Part shown: positions 1 to 11,000 of the stretch, piece by piece
Numbering within the stretch: the first letter of the stretch is position 1
Layout: the number at the start of each line of letters is the position of its first letter
Origin: Capsulimonadaceae bacterium
Lineage (GTDB): Bacteria > Armatimonadota > Armatimonadia > Armatimonadales > Capsulimonadaceae
Direction: 5' to 3'
Assembly (NCBI GenBank): GCA_965215505.1
Contig: OZ244065.1
Coordinates: 4,384,001 to 4,448,000 of the forward strand
DNA: 64,000 nt
Translations under genes and position numbers: made by a program
The notes under the pieces: model-generated
What the model was told of the DNA's origin: nothing
What the model saw: the letters and a program-made list of their open reading frames with translations, nothing else
Database searches by the model: none

Positions 1-861
1 TACGTCGCCCAAGTCGTTGAGGTCGGAGCCATAGGCGTCCCGTCCCTGCCAGAGCAACGGGATCGCCCTGCCGCCGGATAACAGCGTCGAGCCGCGCAAC
101 ACCTGACCCCTGCGGTTCGTGATCTCAAAAATCCGCCGCCCATCCTGCGGCGTGGAGGGCCGCGCGCCCCCTCTCTCCCAGAATACCTGCGTCGGCCCGG
201 CCTGGTTGTAGTTCGCCCCAACGACGTGGCCCCAGACCTGGCCCTGATCATTGATGTTAGTGGCGACCCAACCCGTGCCCCGCCTACCCGCCGGTAGGCC
301 CGACACCGGCCCCAGGTCAAGGAAGCCGCCGCCGTGTTTCCAGAGGCAGGCGTGGTCAGCCTGGCCGCGCGGGGATGAGGCGCTGTAGCCCCCCACTACG
401 TCCCCCCGCGCGCTGACCGCCATTGCAATGCTGTCGCCGGGGTGAGGTGTCGGCAGGAGGCGCGGCTTGCCGCCGGCCCATTCGCAGGCAGCCTTTTTGC
501 CGCCCCCCGCAGACCCATCGTTGCGGACTTGTCCTACGACCAGGCCGCTCTCGTTCTGGGCGAGGGCGATGCCATGGAGGAAGCCCGGCGGCGGGGACAG
601 CCAAGTCACCTTGCCGTCCCGCCAGAGGAGCGCGCGGTCCATGAGGCGGGCCGTTTTTTGGTCCATGTACTCCAGGCAACCCGCGACCTGCCCCCGCCTG
701 TTCATCGAGGCGGTGACATTCTCATCATGGTGCCGGCCTAAAAATGTGGTGAATTCGACCACCCTATAGTGGGGCGGCGGTGATTGTGACTGTCCCCTGC
801 CGGCGCAGAGCAGAAGGGGGAACATAGCCGCCGCGACAGCGTTGCGCCGCGCGCCCGCCAT
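1..861 (-). CDS. Secreted HAF-repeat-like beta-propeller protein (partial, runs off window start)
   Basis: Hand translation of the minus strand from ATG 861: MAGARRNAVAAAMFPLLLCAG..., with repeated units MNRRGQVAG / QNESGLVVG / SARGDVVG / INDQGQVWG and ALLWRDGK / HACLWKHG. Not in the ORF track because it has no stop in the window. Alternative ATGs at 879 and 891. Confidence 0.7.
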   Translation of the reverse strand, partial: MAGARRNAVAAAMFPLLLCAGRGQSQSPPPHYRVVEFTTFLGRHHDENVTASMNRRGQVAGCLEYMDQKTARLMDRALLWRDGKVTWLSPPPGFLHGIALAQNESGLVVGQVRNDGSAGGGKKAACEWAGGKPRLLPTPHPGDSIAMAVSARGDVVGGYSASSPRGQADHACLWKHGGGFLDLGPVSGLPAGRRGTGWVATNINDQGQVWGHVVGANYNQAGPTQVFWERGGARPSTPQDGRRIFEITNRRGQVLRGSTLLSGGRAIPLLWQGRDAYGSDLNDLGDV

Positions 862-942
862 TCGGATACTTCTGAACATCTGTCCGTTCATGCTGCCTGC
901 CTTTCCTCTAGTACAATAAGAGAAACGGAATGGGAGAAAGAA

Positions 943-1404
943 ATGGTTCGCGTTTTGTTCGTCTGTCTGGGAAACATCTGCCGCTCGCCCATGGCCGAAG
1001 GGGTCTTCATGCACAAGGTCCGCGCGGCGGGGCTGGAGGACGAGATCGAGGCCGACTCGGCGGGGACGGGCCACTGGCACGTCGGCAGCCCGCCCCATCA
1101 CGGCACCCGCGCGGTGCTGGCCCGGAACGGCATCGAGTACGCGCACCAGGCGCGGCGGATCGCGGAGGCCGACCTGGACACGTTCGACTACGTCCTGACG
1201 ATGGACGACCAGAATCTGCGCGACGTGCAGGAGATCGGCGCGGGCCGCGCCGTCGTCCGCCCCTTCCTGGCATACGCGCCGGGCAGCGGCGTCCGCGAGG
1301 TGCCCGACCCCTACCTCGTCGGCGGCTTCGAGGGCGTGTACGACCTGGTGAACCAGGCCTCGGAGGGGCTGCTGAAGGCGATCCGCGAGGAACACGGGCT
1401 GTGA
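943..1404 (+). CDS. Low molecular weight protein-tyrosine phosphatase
   Basis: VLFVCLGNICRSPMAE P-loop, DSAGT and VPDPY motifs. Confidence 0.95.
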   Translation: MVRVLFVCLGNICRSPMAEGVFMHKVRAAGLEDEIEADSAGTGHWHVGSPPHHGTRAVLARNGIEYAHQARRIAEADLDTFDYVLTMDDQNLRDVQEIGAGRAVVRPFLAYAPGSGVREVPDPYLVGGFEGVYDLVNQASEGLLKAIREEHGL

Positions 1405-1428
1405 AGCGCGGTCAACTGTGAAGCGTGT

Positions 1429-2304
1429 CTAGGGCGTCGTCCACTCGGCCCGCGAGATGGGCCGGTAGGTGTCGTCCGAAACCGCCTCGCGGCGGACGCA
1501 CTTGTCGCCTTCATAGAAGTCCCGGTAGACGGCAACCCGCACCCCGTCCCGCCCCAGCAGGTGCCAGCGCGAACGGCGCGCGCCCGCGCCGGGAGGGACC
1601 GGGGCGGAGGTGGCGGCGAACCGGTCCAAAGTCTCGCTGCGGACGATGACGCGCGCCCCGCCCGCGTCCGGGGCGCGCGCTGCCTCAATGCGGCAGACCA
1701 GCCGGTGCCCTTCGGGCCGGACACGCAGGGTGAGCGGCTGAGGGTAGGGGTTGCGGAAGCGCAGGTCCACGCCCGCATAGGCGACTGCCGCATCACGGCC
1801 CGGCGGCGCGTAGCCGGGCGCGAAGGTGTGGGCGTGGCGCTCCAGGATGGGCAGGCCCGCCCGCAGCGCGGCGTTGTAGACCGTCGTTGAGGTCTCACAG
1901 ACCCCGCCGCCGTAGTCGTCCACCAGGACGCCGTCGTAAGAGACTGGCGCTCTCAGGAACCCCTGGTCCGCGCTCCACCCGCGCACCGCCCGGTTGAACG
2001 AGAAGACCCTGCCGGGGGCCACCGTCACGCCGTCCAGCGCCGCCGCCGCCCGCCGCGCGTTGAACCGTTGATGTGGCGTCCGCTGGGATAGGTCCGTCGC
2101 ATACGCCGCCAGCGTCCGCGTCCCGTCCGTGGCCGGGTGCAGGCGCAGGAGGCCGGCGGCCAGCAGCAGGGCCGCGCCCAGCGCGGCCAGGCCGCCGAGG
2201 GGGCGGAGGCGGGAAAGGCTTGTGGCTGTGAAGAGGGAGGGTGGCGCTGGCAAAAGAAACCCGTTCCGGCGGTATCGGCCTATGTCGTCCGCGCCTGTTT
2301 CCAT
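1429..2304 (-). CDS. VanW family membrane-anchored protein
   Basis: N-terminal TM segment; VFSFNRAVR, GGGVCETSTTVYNAAL, ERHAH and GRDAAVAY..VDLRFRNP motifs. Start uncertain. Confidence 0.88.
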   Translation of the reverse strand: METGADDIGRYRRNGFLLPAPPSLFTATSLSRLRPLGGLAALGAALLLAAGLLRLHPATDGTRTLAAYATDLSQRTPHQRFNARRAAAALDGVTVAPGRVFSFNRAVRGWSADQGFLRAPVSYDGVLVDDYGGGVCETSTTVYNAALRAGLPILERHAHTFAPGYAPPGRDAAVAYAGVDLRFRNPYPQPLTLRVRPEGHRLVCRIEAARAPDAGGARVIVRSETLDRFAATSAPVPPGAGARRSRWHLLGRDGVRVAVYRDFYEGDKCVRREAVSDDTYRPISRAEWTTP

Positions 2305-2324
2305 AAACGGCTGACGAGAAAATG

Positions 2325-2457
2325 ACGAGTGATTGAAATCACTCGCTCCGGGTGGAAGCGTCCAAGGGACGCGGAAACAGGGTGATGCCACCCTGGCTCT
2401 TCCTCTCTTCTGTCCCCTGGACAGGTCGGGAAGTAGCGAGTGATTTCAATCACTCGT
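2325..2457. repeat. REP doublet (REPIN/BIME-like) element, copy 1
   Basis: Inverted pair of CGAGTGATTTCAATCACTCG palindromes, GTAG at 2433, internal CTCTTCTGTCCCCTGGACAGGT shared with the copies at 7875 and 31713. Confidence 0.8.
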
Positions 2458-2513
2458 TCCAGCCCGCTCGGCCCAGCCAGTGCGTAACACTGGTCAAGAA
2501 GGTATGTGAGCAG

Positions 2514-2813
2514 CTACCAATGGTACTCGTCACCTTTACGAGTCCCTTGCTTGTAGCGGGCGGCGGCGGCCTTCGCTTTCTCCGAGGGTTCCTCATCCTC
2601 GTCAAGAAGGGCCAGAAAGAAGTCCCGATCTTCGTCCCCCAAAACTATGGTGCTGTGACGCATTAAGATGTCATCCGACGCCCGGCTGAGGGTGGAGGCC
2701 GCGAAATCGCTCACGCTCTGCCCGGAGATGGCGGCGGCACGTTCGATCCGTGTCTTACTCTCGCGGCTCATGCGGAGGCTCATCCATGTGTCCTGTTCTG
2801 TGGTCGTGTCCAT
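2514..2813 (-). CDS. DUF1778 / TacA-type ribbon-helix-helix antitoxin
   Basis: MSLRMSRESKTRIERAAAISGQSVSDFAAS...IVLGDEDRDFFLALLD..P pattern; RBS GGGAGG upstream. Confidence 0.85.
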   Translation of the reverse strand: MDTTTEQDTWMSLRMSRESKTRIERAAAISGQSVSDFAASTLSRASDDILMRHSTIVLGDEDRDFFLALLDEDEEPSEKAKAAAARYKQGTRKGDEYHW

Positions 2814-2866
2814 CGTTCACCTCCCTCCCGGATTGTACCACTCGCAGCGGCGGTTTGCCACATCGT

Positions 2867-3856
2867 CTATGGGCGCGTGACCCGGTAAATGACGAACCGG
2901 CCATTCTCCTTCTTGTGGTAGTACAGGGCATGGCCGTCGGCATCCAGCGTCGGCCCTTCCGCGAAGCCGGTGATCGACGCCACTTGCTGCGGAGGCCCGA
3001 ATGGCGCGCTCAGGCTCTTGCGCGCGGCCCGGTAGATCGTCGGCGGGACGCCCGCGGTGAGACTCGGAACGCGCGTGAAGAACAGTTCCAGGCCGTCCGC
3101 AGAAACCGAGGGCGCATAGACCAGGCCGTTCGTGTTGACGTTCCGCAGGAGCGCCGCGCTGCTCGGATCGCGCCGGAACCCGCCGCCCGTGCGCGTCGCG
3201 ATCACGATCCGGGCCGCCGAGGGGCGCGGGACCCTCGAAAAGTCTCCGTCCACGATGTAGAGCGTGTTGCCGTCGGCGCTGACCTCGGCGTCGAAGTTGA
3301 CGATGCCGGGCCGGCGCAGCGAGACGCCCGGCACGAGCGCCACCGAGGAAACCTTGCCGTCCTGGGACCGGCCCCGATAAATGGTCGAGAAAGTGGCGGC
3401 GTAGGAGCGCGTGGAGACGAAGTACAAATTGCCGTCCCGGTCCATGCTCGGGACGCCTTCCAGCGCGGGCGTGTTGACCCCGGCGATCTCCCCCCAGTAG
3501 GCGAACGTCAAGCCGTCCACGCGGGCGGCATAGTGGAGGTTGGTGTTCACGGCGGGGTCGTTCGAGTTGTTGAACAGGAGCCATTTCCCGTCTCTGGTCA
3601 CGAACGGCTCCATCGCGTCCCCGGCGTAGCCCCGGATCGTCACGCGCTGCGGGTCGTGGAATCCGGTGTAGGGCAGGCCGTCCGGTGCGTCGGGTGACGG
3701 TGGGATCAGTGCCATGCGAGTGAACGGGTGGAAGCCCGGTACGATCCGGCCCGTTCCCACGGCGGCCAGCGACGCGCCGAGAAGTAGGAGTGCCAGGGCC
3801 GGCAGGAGCGCCTTCCGGCGCGGTCCGAAAAAACGAGCGTTGGCCTGATCCGACAT
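2867..3856 (-). CDS. TolB-like/PD40-repeat secreted beta-propeller protein
   Basis: Signal/TM segment; repeats EPFVTRDGKWLLF, VPSMDRDGNLYFVS, EVSADGNTLY, PSVSADGLELFF. Confidence 0.75.
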   Translation of the reverse strand: MSDQANARFFGPRRKALLPALALLLLGASLAAVGTGRIVPGFHPFTRMALIPPSPDAPDGLPYTGFHDPQRVTIRGYAGDAMEPFVTRDGKWLLFNNSNDPAVNTNLHYAARVDGLTFAYWGEIAGVNTPALEGVPSMDRDGNLYFVSTRSYAATFSTIYRGRSQDGKVSSVALVPGVSLRRPGIVNFDAEVSADGNTLYIVDGDFSRVPRPSAARIVIATRTGGGFRRDPSSAALLRNVNTNGLVYAPSVSADGLELFFTRVPSLTAGVPPTIYRAARKSLSAPFGPPQQVASITGFAEGPTLDADGHALYYHKKENGRFVIYRVTRP

Positions 3857-3934
3857 CGGCTGTTCCCCTCCATCCCCGGCGCATTCAGCGATACTACGAG
3901 AGGAGGGCTGAGAAGTTTCAAGGCCGGGATGACA

Positions 3935-5590
3935 CTAGGCGGCAGCGCCCCGCCCGACCACATAGTGGAACCAGTCTACGTCTACATACCCGCGCTCGCC
4001 CAGGTCGTTGAATGAGTAGATGCCGATGCGGTCACCCCGGTAGTTGCCCCACTTTAACTGGTACGGATCGCCAAGATTTAGGAACGTCTTGCCGTCCAGG
4101 CTGTAGGAAAATCGGCTCTGCCCGTCATAGCCCCACGCCGAGCGCAGCCACAGGGCGTTCTGCGTGATGCGGGGTCCGGGGACAGCGTGGCCGCCGTCGT
4201 TCACCGTCAGCGTCCGTACCCCGCCGGTCTGGACCACGCCGAAGAGGCACCAGGCGGCGGAGTAATGAGCGATCCCGGCCTGCTGGCCGTCCGCCATGCC
4301 CGCGAGGTCCAATCTGACCGTCACCTCGTTCCGGCTGGTCCGCATCGCCCGCTGGGTGAGCGTGTTGCCCGCCTTCTTGAAGTCACCGGGCGCGAGCGGC
4401 GGGAAGGCGTGGAGGCGCAGGAATCCGGGCCGCTCCGCCAGCGACCACTTCTCACTTCTAGGCTGGTAGTTCCACTCCCACTGCGGCCTGAGCGTCTTGG
4501 CGCTGAACTCGTCGCTTGCCTGGATGCCCGTAAGCGGGGAGCCTTGAATGGGCTTCTTGGCCCGCCAGACCATGCCGCCGATGCCGTCCGCCCCGACCTT
4601 GCCGAGGAGCGGCCAGCCGTCCGCCCAGGTGACCGGCAAGAGGCACATCGCCCGGCCCTCCCAATCGCCGCGCCCCTGGTGCGTGACGAACTGCCACCGG
4701 CCCTCCGGCAGCTCGATCAGGCCGCCCTGGTTCGGCTCCTTATCCACCGCCCCGTTGACGTGGTTGAGCTGATGCGTCTCCCACGGCCCGTCCAGACTTT
4801 TGGCGCGTCCCATCATCACGGCCCGGCCCTCGCCGTGGACCTCGCTGAAGAAGTGGTAGTACAGGCCATCAATCTTGTAAAGCTTGTTCGCCTCGCTGCC
4901 GCGCGACTGGTGGATGACCCGGTCCGAGTCCATCAGCAGCGATCTCCCGTCGGCGCTCATCTTAAACAGGTGGATTTTGTAGCCGTCGGCGTAGTGGGAG
5001 GTGACGAGGTAGCCCTGTCCGTCGTCATCCCAGAAGGGACAGGGATCGTCCCACCCTCTGGTGCGCCACAGGCAGTGGACGGGCGTCCACGGCCCGGCGG
5101 GGCTGGGGGCGGTCGTCATGAAAAAACCCTCGTCGGGCGTGTTGAAGTAGACCCAGAACTTGCCGGCATGGTAGCGGAGGGAGCCGGCCCAGACGCCTTT
5201 CCTATAGCGGTCCATCCTGTCCCAGTTGAGGTCGGGGCCGATGAGAGTCAGATCGCCCACGGCGTGGCCAATGATCGTCCAGTTGACGAGGTCGTTTGAG
5301 TGCAGCACGACCACGCCGGGCGAATACTGGAACGTGGAGGAGATGGCGTAGTAGTCCGCCCCGACCCGGATGGCGTCCAGGTCGCTGAAGTCGGCAGGCA
5401 GGACGGGGTTGGCATAGGTGCCGTCGCCCCGGTCGCCCCATTCCCCGTGCGTGGGAACGTCGGCGTTGGGGAGCGGGACATAGGCGCTTGCGGCGGGTGT
5501 CGTTGTCATGGTTTGGGCCGAAGCCGGGAGGAACAACCCCCCGGCCAGGCAGGCGGCAAGGGCCGCGAGTGCGATCCGAATACTGGTCAT
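3935..5590 (-). CDS. Glycoside hydrolase family 43 (beta-xylosidase/arabinofuranosidase) with C-terminal beta-sandwich
   Basis: Signal peptide; NPVLPADFSDLDAIRVG, WAGSLRYH, DPCPFWDDDG and SDEF..LRPQWEWN motifs. Confidence 0.92.
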   Translation of the reverse strand: MTSIRIALAALAACLAGGLFLPASAQTMTTTPAASAYVPLPNADVPTHGEWGDRGDGTYANPVLPADFSDLDAIRVGADYYAISSTFQYSPGVVVLHSNDLVNWTIIGHAVGDLTLIGPDLNWDRMDRYRKGVWAGSLRYHAGKFWVYFNTPDEGFFMTTAPSPAGPWTPVHCLWRTRGWDDPCPFWDDDGQGYLVTSHYADGYKIHLFKMSADGRSLLMDSDRVIHQSRGSEANKLYKIDGLYYHFFSEVHGEGRAVMMGRAKSLDGPWETHQLNHVNGAVDKEPNQGGLIELPEGRWQFVTHQGRGDWEGRAMCLLPVTWADGWPLLGKVGADGIGGMVWRAKKPIQGSPLTGIQASDEFSAKTLRPQWEWNYQPRSEKWSLAERPGFLRLHAFPPLAPGDFKKAGNTLTQRAMRTSRNEVTVRLDLAGMADGQQAGIAHYSAAWCLFGVVQTGGVRTLTVNDGGHAVPGPRITQNALWLRSAWGYDGQSRFSYSLDGKTFLNLGDPYQLKWGNYRGDRIGIYSFNDLGERGYVDVDWFHYVVGRGAAA

Positions 5591-5710
5591 GTCGCGGCTT
5601 CCCTGCGATTGACCCCGCCCTGAACGGCGGGGCTGTAGGGGCGCTGCTTGCTGCGCCCTCCTTCTCTTGTTTCCTAATCCTTGCCCGCGAGGGCCGGGGC
5701 TTGCACCTGC

Positions 5711-7813
5711 CTACGCCGTCGTCGTTGCCGCCACCGGCGTCAGCGTCACGGAGCGCAGGGCGATCCCGATCCAGGCGGGCGTGGCCTGCGGCTTGAACGA
5801 GAGGGTCTGCCGGCCGCTCTGCGCCAGCGTCAGGGGCCCGAGCGGCTGGGAGGCGAAGGTGTCCCACGAGCCGGTGGAAATGGTCTTTCCCGTCATGGAC
5901 TGCCCGCCCGCCTCCACCCGGAAGGATGCGCCCGCAGCGGGAGTGTCGCAGGAGTAGGAGGCGGTGACCGTATAGGTGCCCGGCGCGGGGACGGTGAACT
6001 CCCACGAAACCGAATCGCTCGCCGTCCCCCAGTAGCCGATGTCGTCAATGCCGCCCTTGTTCTCCACCTGTGGTGAGGACCCATGAAGCGTGGCAGTTGT
6101 CGCGGTCAGGACGACCACGCCGCTTGCCTGCGGCTGGACGATGACGGCGACAGGAGCGAGTACGATGGGGGCGGCGGGCAGTGCCACCGGCGTCAGGCCG
6201 CGCCCGGCGATACGCAGGCCGTACACATAGTCGCACGGCTTTTGGGCCGGCAGGGTCAGGGCCAGGCCGCTTGCCGTCTGCGTCCAGGCCAATTTCCCCC
6301 GGTGGCCGAGCAGGCTCACGTCCTGCACCTTCCCCGCGCCCTGGGCCAAGGACCGAACCAGCAGCTTGCCGTCCTCGGGCCAGGCCATGGCGAAGGCGTA
6401 TGTGGTGTCGCCCTTCTGGGTGAACCGGAAGTCCTGCGGCGTGTACTTCCGGTTGCCCTCGTTGAAGCCCTGCGCGCGCGTCGCCGGGCCGCCGCCTGCG
6501 GGACCCTCGCCGAAGACGTGCCAGGGGCGGGTGGCGTAGATGCCCTCGCCGCTCACGTCCATCCACTTCTTGAAGTCGGCAAGGAAGGCCAATTCGTCCG
6601 TATCAGGCTTGCCGCTGCCGGGCAGCGGGATGTTGAGCATCAGGTTGCCGTTCTTGCTGACGATGTCCACCAGCATGTGCGCCACCTGGTCCGGCTTCTT
6701 GTAGCCGTGCCGCTCGAACAGCGGCAGCGAGTAGTGCCAGTCGCCGATGCAGGTGTCGGTCTGCCACGGCAGCGGCTCGATCCGGTCGCTGTAGCCGCGC
6801 TCCAGGTCCCAGACCAGGCACTTGCGCTGCTGCTCGCTGAGGATCTTCCCGTTGACGACTGCTTCCAGCCGCCCGCCGTGCCGCTTCATGTTCCGGTTGT
6901 AGAAGTTCGCCGCGATCCGCAGGCCGACATCGGTGATGGGGTAGAGGGGTAGGACGGTGTCATCAAAGTAGACCTGGTCCGGGTGGTAGGTGTCGATCAG
7001 GTCCATGATGCGGTTGTAGAACTTCTCGGTGTAGGCGGCGCTCGGCAGGTCGCCGCGCCCCCGGTTGTTCCACTCCCATTCCAGGCCCATCGGCGCGTGG
7101 TTCTGGGCGTAAAGCTCCTGCGGGTCCAAGCCCTCCCACCACAGGCCCTTGCCGTCCGCCTTGGTCAGATGGCCGTCATACGGGACGCCCGCAAGCGGTC
7201 CGGTCTTGTCCGCGCCCTGCGAAGTCTCGTACCACGACCAGGCATGGGCGGCGTGGACCGAAACCGCGAAGCGCAGCCCGGCAGCCCGCACGGCCTTCTC
7301 CCAGCCGCCCACGATGTCCTTCTTGGGGCCGACGGCGACCGAGTTCCAGGTCTGGTACTTGCTGTTGTAGTTGTCCAGGTTGTCGTGGTGGTTGGCGAGG
7401 CACATGAAGTATTTCGCCCCGGCACCTTTGTAAAGGCCGATCAGATGCTCCGGGTCCCACTCCTCCGCCTTCCACTGGTGGATCACGTCTTTGAACCCGG
7501 CCTTGGACGGGTGACCGTAGTGGGCGACCTGATAGTTGTAGTCGCGGTTGCCTTCCTGGTACATCTGGCGCGCATACCAGTCCCCCTGGCCCGGCTGGCA
7601 CTGCGGCCCCCAGTGCGCCCACATGCCGAACTTGGCGTCCCGGAACCAGTCGGGGGTCTGGTACTGCGACAGCGAGTCCCAGGTCGGCTGGAACGGTCCG
7701 CCGGTGGCGGGCGTGGGGAGGGCAGCATCGGCCCTCAGCCCCAGCCGCCCGAGGGCGAGGCCGGCTGCGGCGGCGGCCCCCCCAGTGATGAGCCTGCGTC
7801 GTGAGATTGACAT
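5711..7813 (-). CDS. Alpha-L-fucosidase (GH29), Tat-exported, with C-terminal CBM6/35-like domain
   Basis: SRRRLI Tat signal; WFRDAKFGMWAHWG, ANHHDN and LVDIVSKNGNLMLNIP motifs; C-terminal TGSWDTF module. Confidence 0.92.
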   Translation of the reverse strand: MSISRRRLITGGAAAAAGLALGRLGLRADAALPTPATGGPFQPTWDSLSQYQTPDWFRDAKFGMWAHWGPQCQPGQGDWYARQMYQEGNRDYNYQVAHYGHPSKAGFKDVIHQWKAEEWDPEHLIGLYKGAGAKYFMCLANHHDNLDNYNSKYQTWNSVAVGPKKDIVGGWEKAVRAAGLRFAVSVHAAHAWSWYETSQGADKTGPLAGVPYDGHLTKADGKGLWWEGLDPQELYAQNHAPMGLEWEWNNRGRGDLPSAAYTEKFYNRIMDLIDTYHPDQVYFDDTVLPLYPITDVGLRIAANFYNRNMKRHGGRLEAVVNGKILSEQQRKCLVWDLERGYSDRIEPLPWQTDTCIGDWHYSLPLFERHGYKKPDQVAHMLVDIVSKNGNLMLNIPLPGSGKPDTDELAFLADFKKWMDVSGEGIYATRPWHVFGEGPAGGGPATRAQGFNEGNRKYTPQDFRFTQKGDTTYAFAMAWPEDGKLLVRSLAQGAGKVQDVSLLGHRGKLAWTQTASGLALTLPAQKPCDYVYGLRIAGRGLTPVALPAAPIVLAPVAVIVQPQASGVVVLTATTATLHGSSPQVENKGGIDDIGYWGTASDSVSWEFTVPAPGTYTVTASYSCDTPAAGASFRVEAGGQSMTGKTISTGSWDTFASQPLGPLTLAQSGRQTLSFKPQATPAWIGIALRSVTLTPVAATTTA

Positions 7814-7874
7814 GGTCGCTCCTTTGTCTCGTGTTTATCGCGTTTGTGGCGTCGCTGTGTGGCGTTGCTGAAAA

Positions 7875-8020
7875 GGACGAGCGATTGAAATCACTCGCTG
7901 CCGCCGGACCTGTCCAGGGGACAGAAGAGGGACAGGAGGGGGAAAGAGCAGGGGGCAACACCCTGTTCTCGCGTCCCCTGGACGCTTCTGCTGGCAGCGA
8001 GTGATTTCAATCACTCGTCC
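7875..8020. repeat. REP doublet element, copy 2
   Basis: GGACGAGCGATTGAAATCACTCGCTGCC ... GGCAGCGAGTGATTTCAATCACTCGTCC inverted arms, internal ACCTGTCCAGGGGACAGAAGAG. Confidence 0.8.
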
Positions 8021-8065
8021 TCTCCGCCGCCCTCTCCCCTTCACCCGCCCTCTCCCCTTCGCCCG

Positions 8066-11000
8066 TCAGCGGCTCGTGAAAACGTAGTCCCCGGAGCCGA
8101 CGTGGTAAACGCTTGCCCCGTCCTCGCTCCTCAGAAACTCGACCCCGCGCCCCGGCGAAACCGGCAGGCCGCCTTCCAGGACGGAGCGCGGGTCGTGCGC
8201 CGGCACATAGACCGTCGCGGTCGTGTTGGCCGGGATGCTGACGCGCAGGGTCAGACGTCCGCCCTCGCGCTTCCAGCCGCTGACGATCCGCCCGGCGCGC
8301 GAGTCGTAGGCGGCTCCGGCCCAGGTCAGGCCAGGGACGGCGGCGGGGCGGATGATGATCTTGCGGAAGCCCGGCCCGTCCGGGTCGTCCCGGATTCCGG
8401 CCAGCGAACGGTAAAACCACTCGTTGATCTGCCCGAACATGAAGTGGTCCTGCGACGAGCCGCCGTTCCACCCTTCGGTCAGGCTGGTCTTGCCGAGCTT
8501 CACCTGAAGCCCGTAGCCCTGCGTGTCCGTGTCGAACGTCGTGTCGATCAGGTCCGACCGGCCCCCGTCGGCCAGGCTTTCCAGGACGAACCGCAGGCTC
8601 ACTTCCCCCGCCGTCGGCCCCTTGCTTTGCAGGTCCCGCGCCAAAGCATCCAGCACGGCGGGGCGATGGGCCGGCTCCACCATCCCCATCGCCAGGGGGA
8701 AGGCATTGGAGGCCTGCGAGCCGGTCGCATAGCTGTCCGTCGCGGCATCGAAGAACTTCTGGTTGTAGGCGGCCAGTATCTCCTGCGCTTGCCGGCTGTA
8801 ATGAGCCGCATCGTCCGGCCTGCCCAGGAGCGCCGCCACGCGGGCCAGCGTCTGGGAGTCGTAAAAGTAGAAAGCGGTCGCCGTGATGCCGATGGGGGTG
8901 AGCTTGGAAGCCCCGTCGCCGTGGGCGTCGTACCAGTCGCCCAGGCCGAAGCCGACGACATGGCCCTGTGCCCGCGCGCTCAGATAGTCCACATAGCGTC
9001 GCATGGTGTCGTAGTGCGCCCGCAGCGGCGTAAGGTCGCCGTCGAACTCGTACTGCTGCCACGGCACCGCGATGCAGGCGCTGCCCCACTCCGGCGGGTT
9101 CGTGAACGCGCCCTCATCCCAGTGCGGGTAGTCCGGGCAGGTTGAGGGGACCAGGCCATTGGGCCGCTGGGCGTCCGCCATGTCGTTCACCATCTTGGAC
9201 ATGAGCGTTGCCATGTCAAAGTTGTAACGGAGGGCCGGCCCGTTCAGGTGGTCCTCTTCCAGCCAGCCCAGCTTCTCGCGCGTGGGGCAGTCGGTCAGGA
9301 TGCTGACCATGTTGTTGAGCTGCGCCTGGCGAATCAGGCTCGCCGTCTTATTATACCTCTCACTCGAACAGGCGAAATGGCCGACGGCGGGGGCGTCGGC
9401 GTGGATGACGTCCCCCTCCACGACCTCGACCACCGGGAGCGATGCGCCGCCCGGCGCGGGCCGCGTCTCCACTTTAAGGTAGCGCCCGCCCCGGTAATAG
9501 AACCGGGACGCATAGGACTCGTCGCCCCCGCCGCTCAGGGTGTAGGTCCAGTAGGAGTCGCCCCCGCACATCTGGTCGTCGATGTCCCCGTTTTCTTTGA
9601 CAAGCTCCGACGGCGTGACCCGGACCGACGCCCCCCGCGCCCCCCGGACCCGCAGGCGGAGCAGGAGCGAGGCGTTCCGGCCCAGGTCGTAGACGGCCGC
9701 CGTCGGGCTGATCTGCCGGCGGCTGATGGGCAGGAGCGCGCCGAACCGTCGGATCGGCGGCCCGGCGCAGGAAAGCCCGCGCAGGACCCCGCCGGGGCCG
9801 GCTGTGATGACGGGACTCGCCCACCGGCCGTCGTCGAAGCCGGGTCGGTCCCACCCCGCCGGGGCGAGCCGGGCGTCGTAGTCCTCCCCGCCGTAGATGG
9901 ACGAGAAGGTGATCGGCCCCGCGCCGACCTTCCAATGCCCGTCCGTGACGACGTCCTGCGCCGTCCCGTCGGCGTATTCCAGCCGGAGCAGCCCGAATGC
10001 CCGCTGCGGGCCGAACGACCCGGTGATCTTCGTGTAGCGGCCCGGATGGATGTTGTACATGCCGTTGCCCAGGAACAGGCCGACGGCGTTCGCGCCGGGG
10101 CGCAGGGCGGCCGTGATGTCGTAGGTGTCGTACAGGCACGTCTTGTTGTACTGTGTCCATCCGGGCGACAGGACTGCGTCGCCGACCCGTGCGCCGTTGA
10201 CCGACATCTCGTACTGGCCCAGGCCGCACACGAACGCCACGGCCCGCGTCAGGCCGGGCCTGACGGTGAAGCCGCGCCGCAGCAGGACCGAGTCGGTCCG
10301 CGCGCCCAAGCCCCCGGAGGTCATCAGCGCGGCCCTGCCCCACTCGCTGGACTCCACGCTGTCTTCCGCCGCGACGCCCGCGACGGCGGCCTCTTTCCCC
10401 GCCGAGATCGCCTGAACGCCGCGCAGCGCGAAGGCGTAGGCCGCCGTCCCGGTGATCGCCGCGTCCCGCAGCCAGAGCTTCGTCGCCGTGACGCGCACAT
10501 AGCGCGCGGTGACGGCATGGGCGGCGAACGCGACCGGCCCGACGCCGGGATTGGGGTAGTCCGCCGATGACTGGTCCGTGACCGTCTCGGGGTGCTGGAA
10601 TGCCGCCTCATTGGCGGCCTCCACCCGGAAGCGCAGGGGAAAGCCGAAGCCGTCCCGCCCGGCGTGCTGCATGGGGAGCAGACGCACGGCGGAGAGCGCG
10701 ACCGCCCGGCCCAGGTCGATCTGCACCCACTTCACGTCGTCCTGCCGCTGCGCCTCCGAGGCGTGGTAGCCGATCAGCGCGGCGTTGCCGACGGCGGCAT
10801 CCCTACCGATCCATTCACCCCCCTGCCAATCGGCGGGGCGGAGGATGCCCATGGTCCAGCGGGCGGGCGCGCTCCACGCCGAGGGCCGCCCGGCCTGATC
10901 CACGACCCGCACCTTCCACCAGCACCGGCCGCCGGAGCGCAGCGGCTTCCCGGCGTAGGCGATCTGGTTGGTTCGGTCCGAGGCCACGGCTCCCGAGTCC

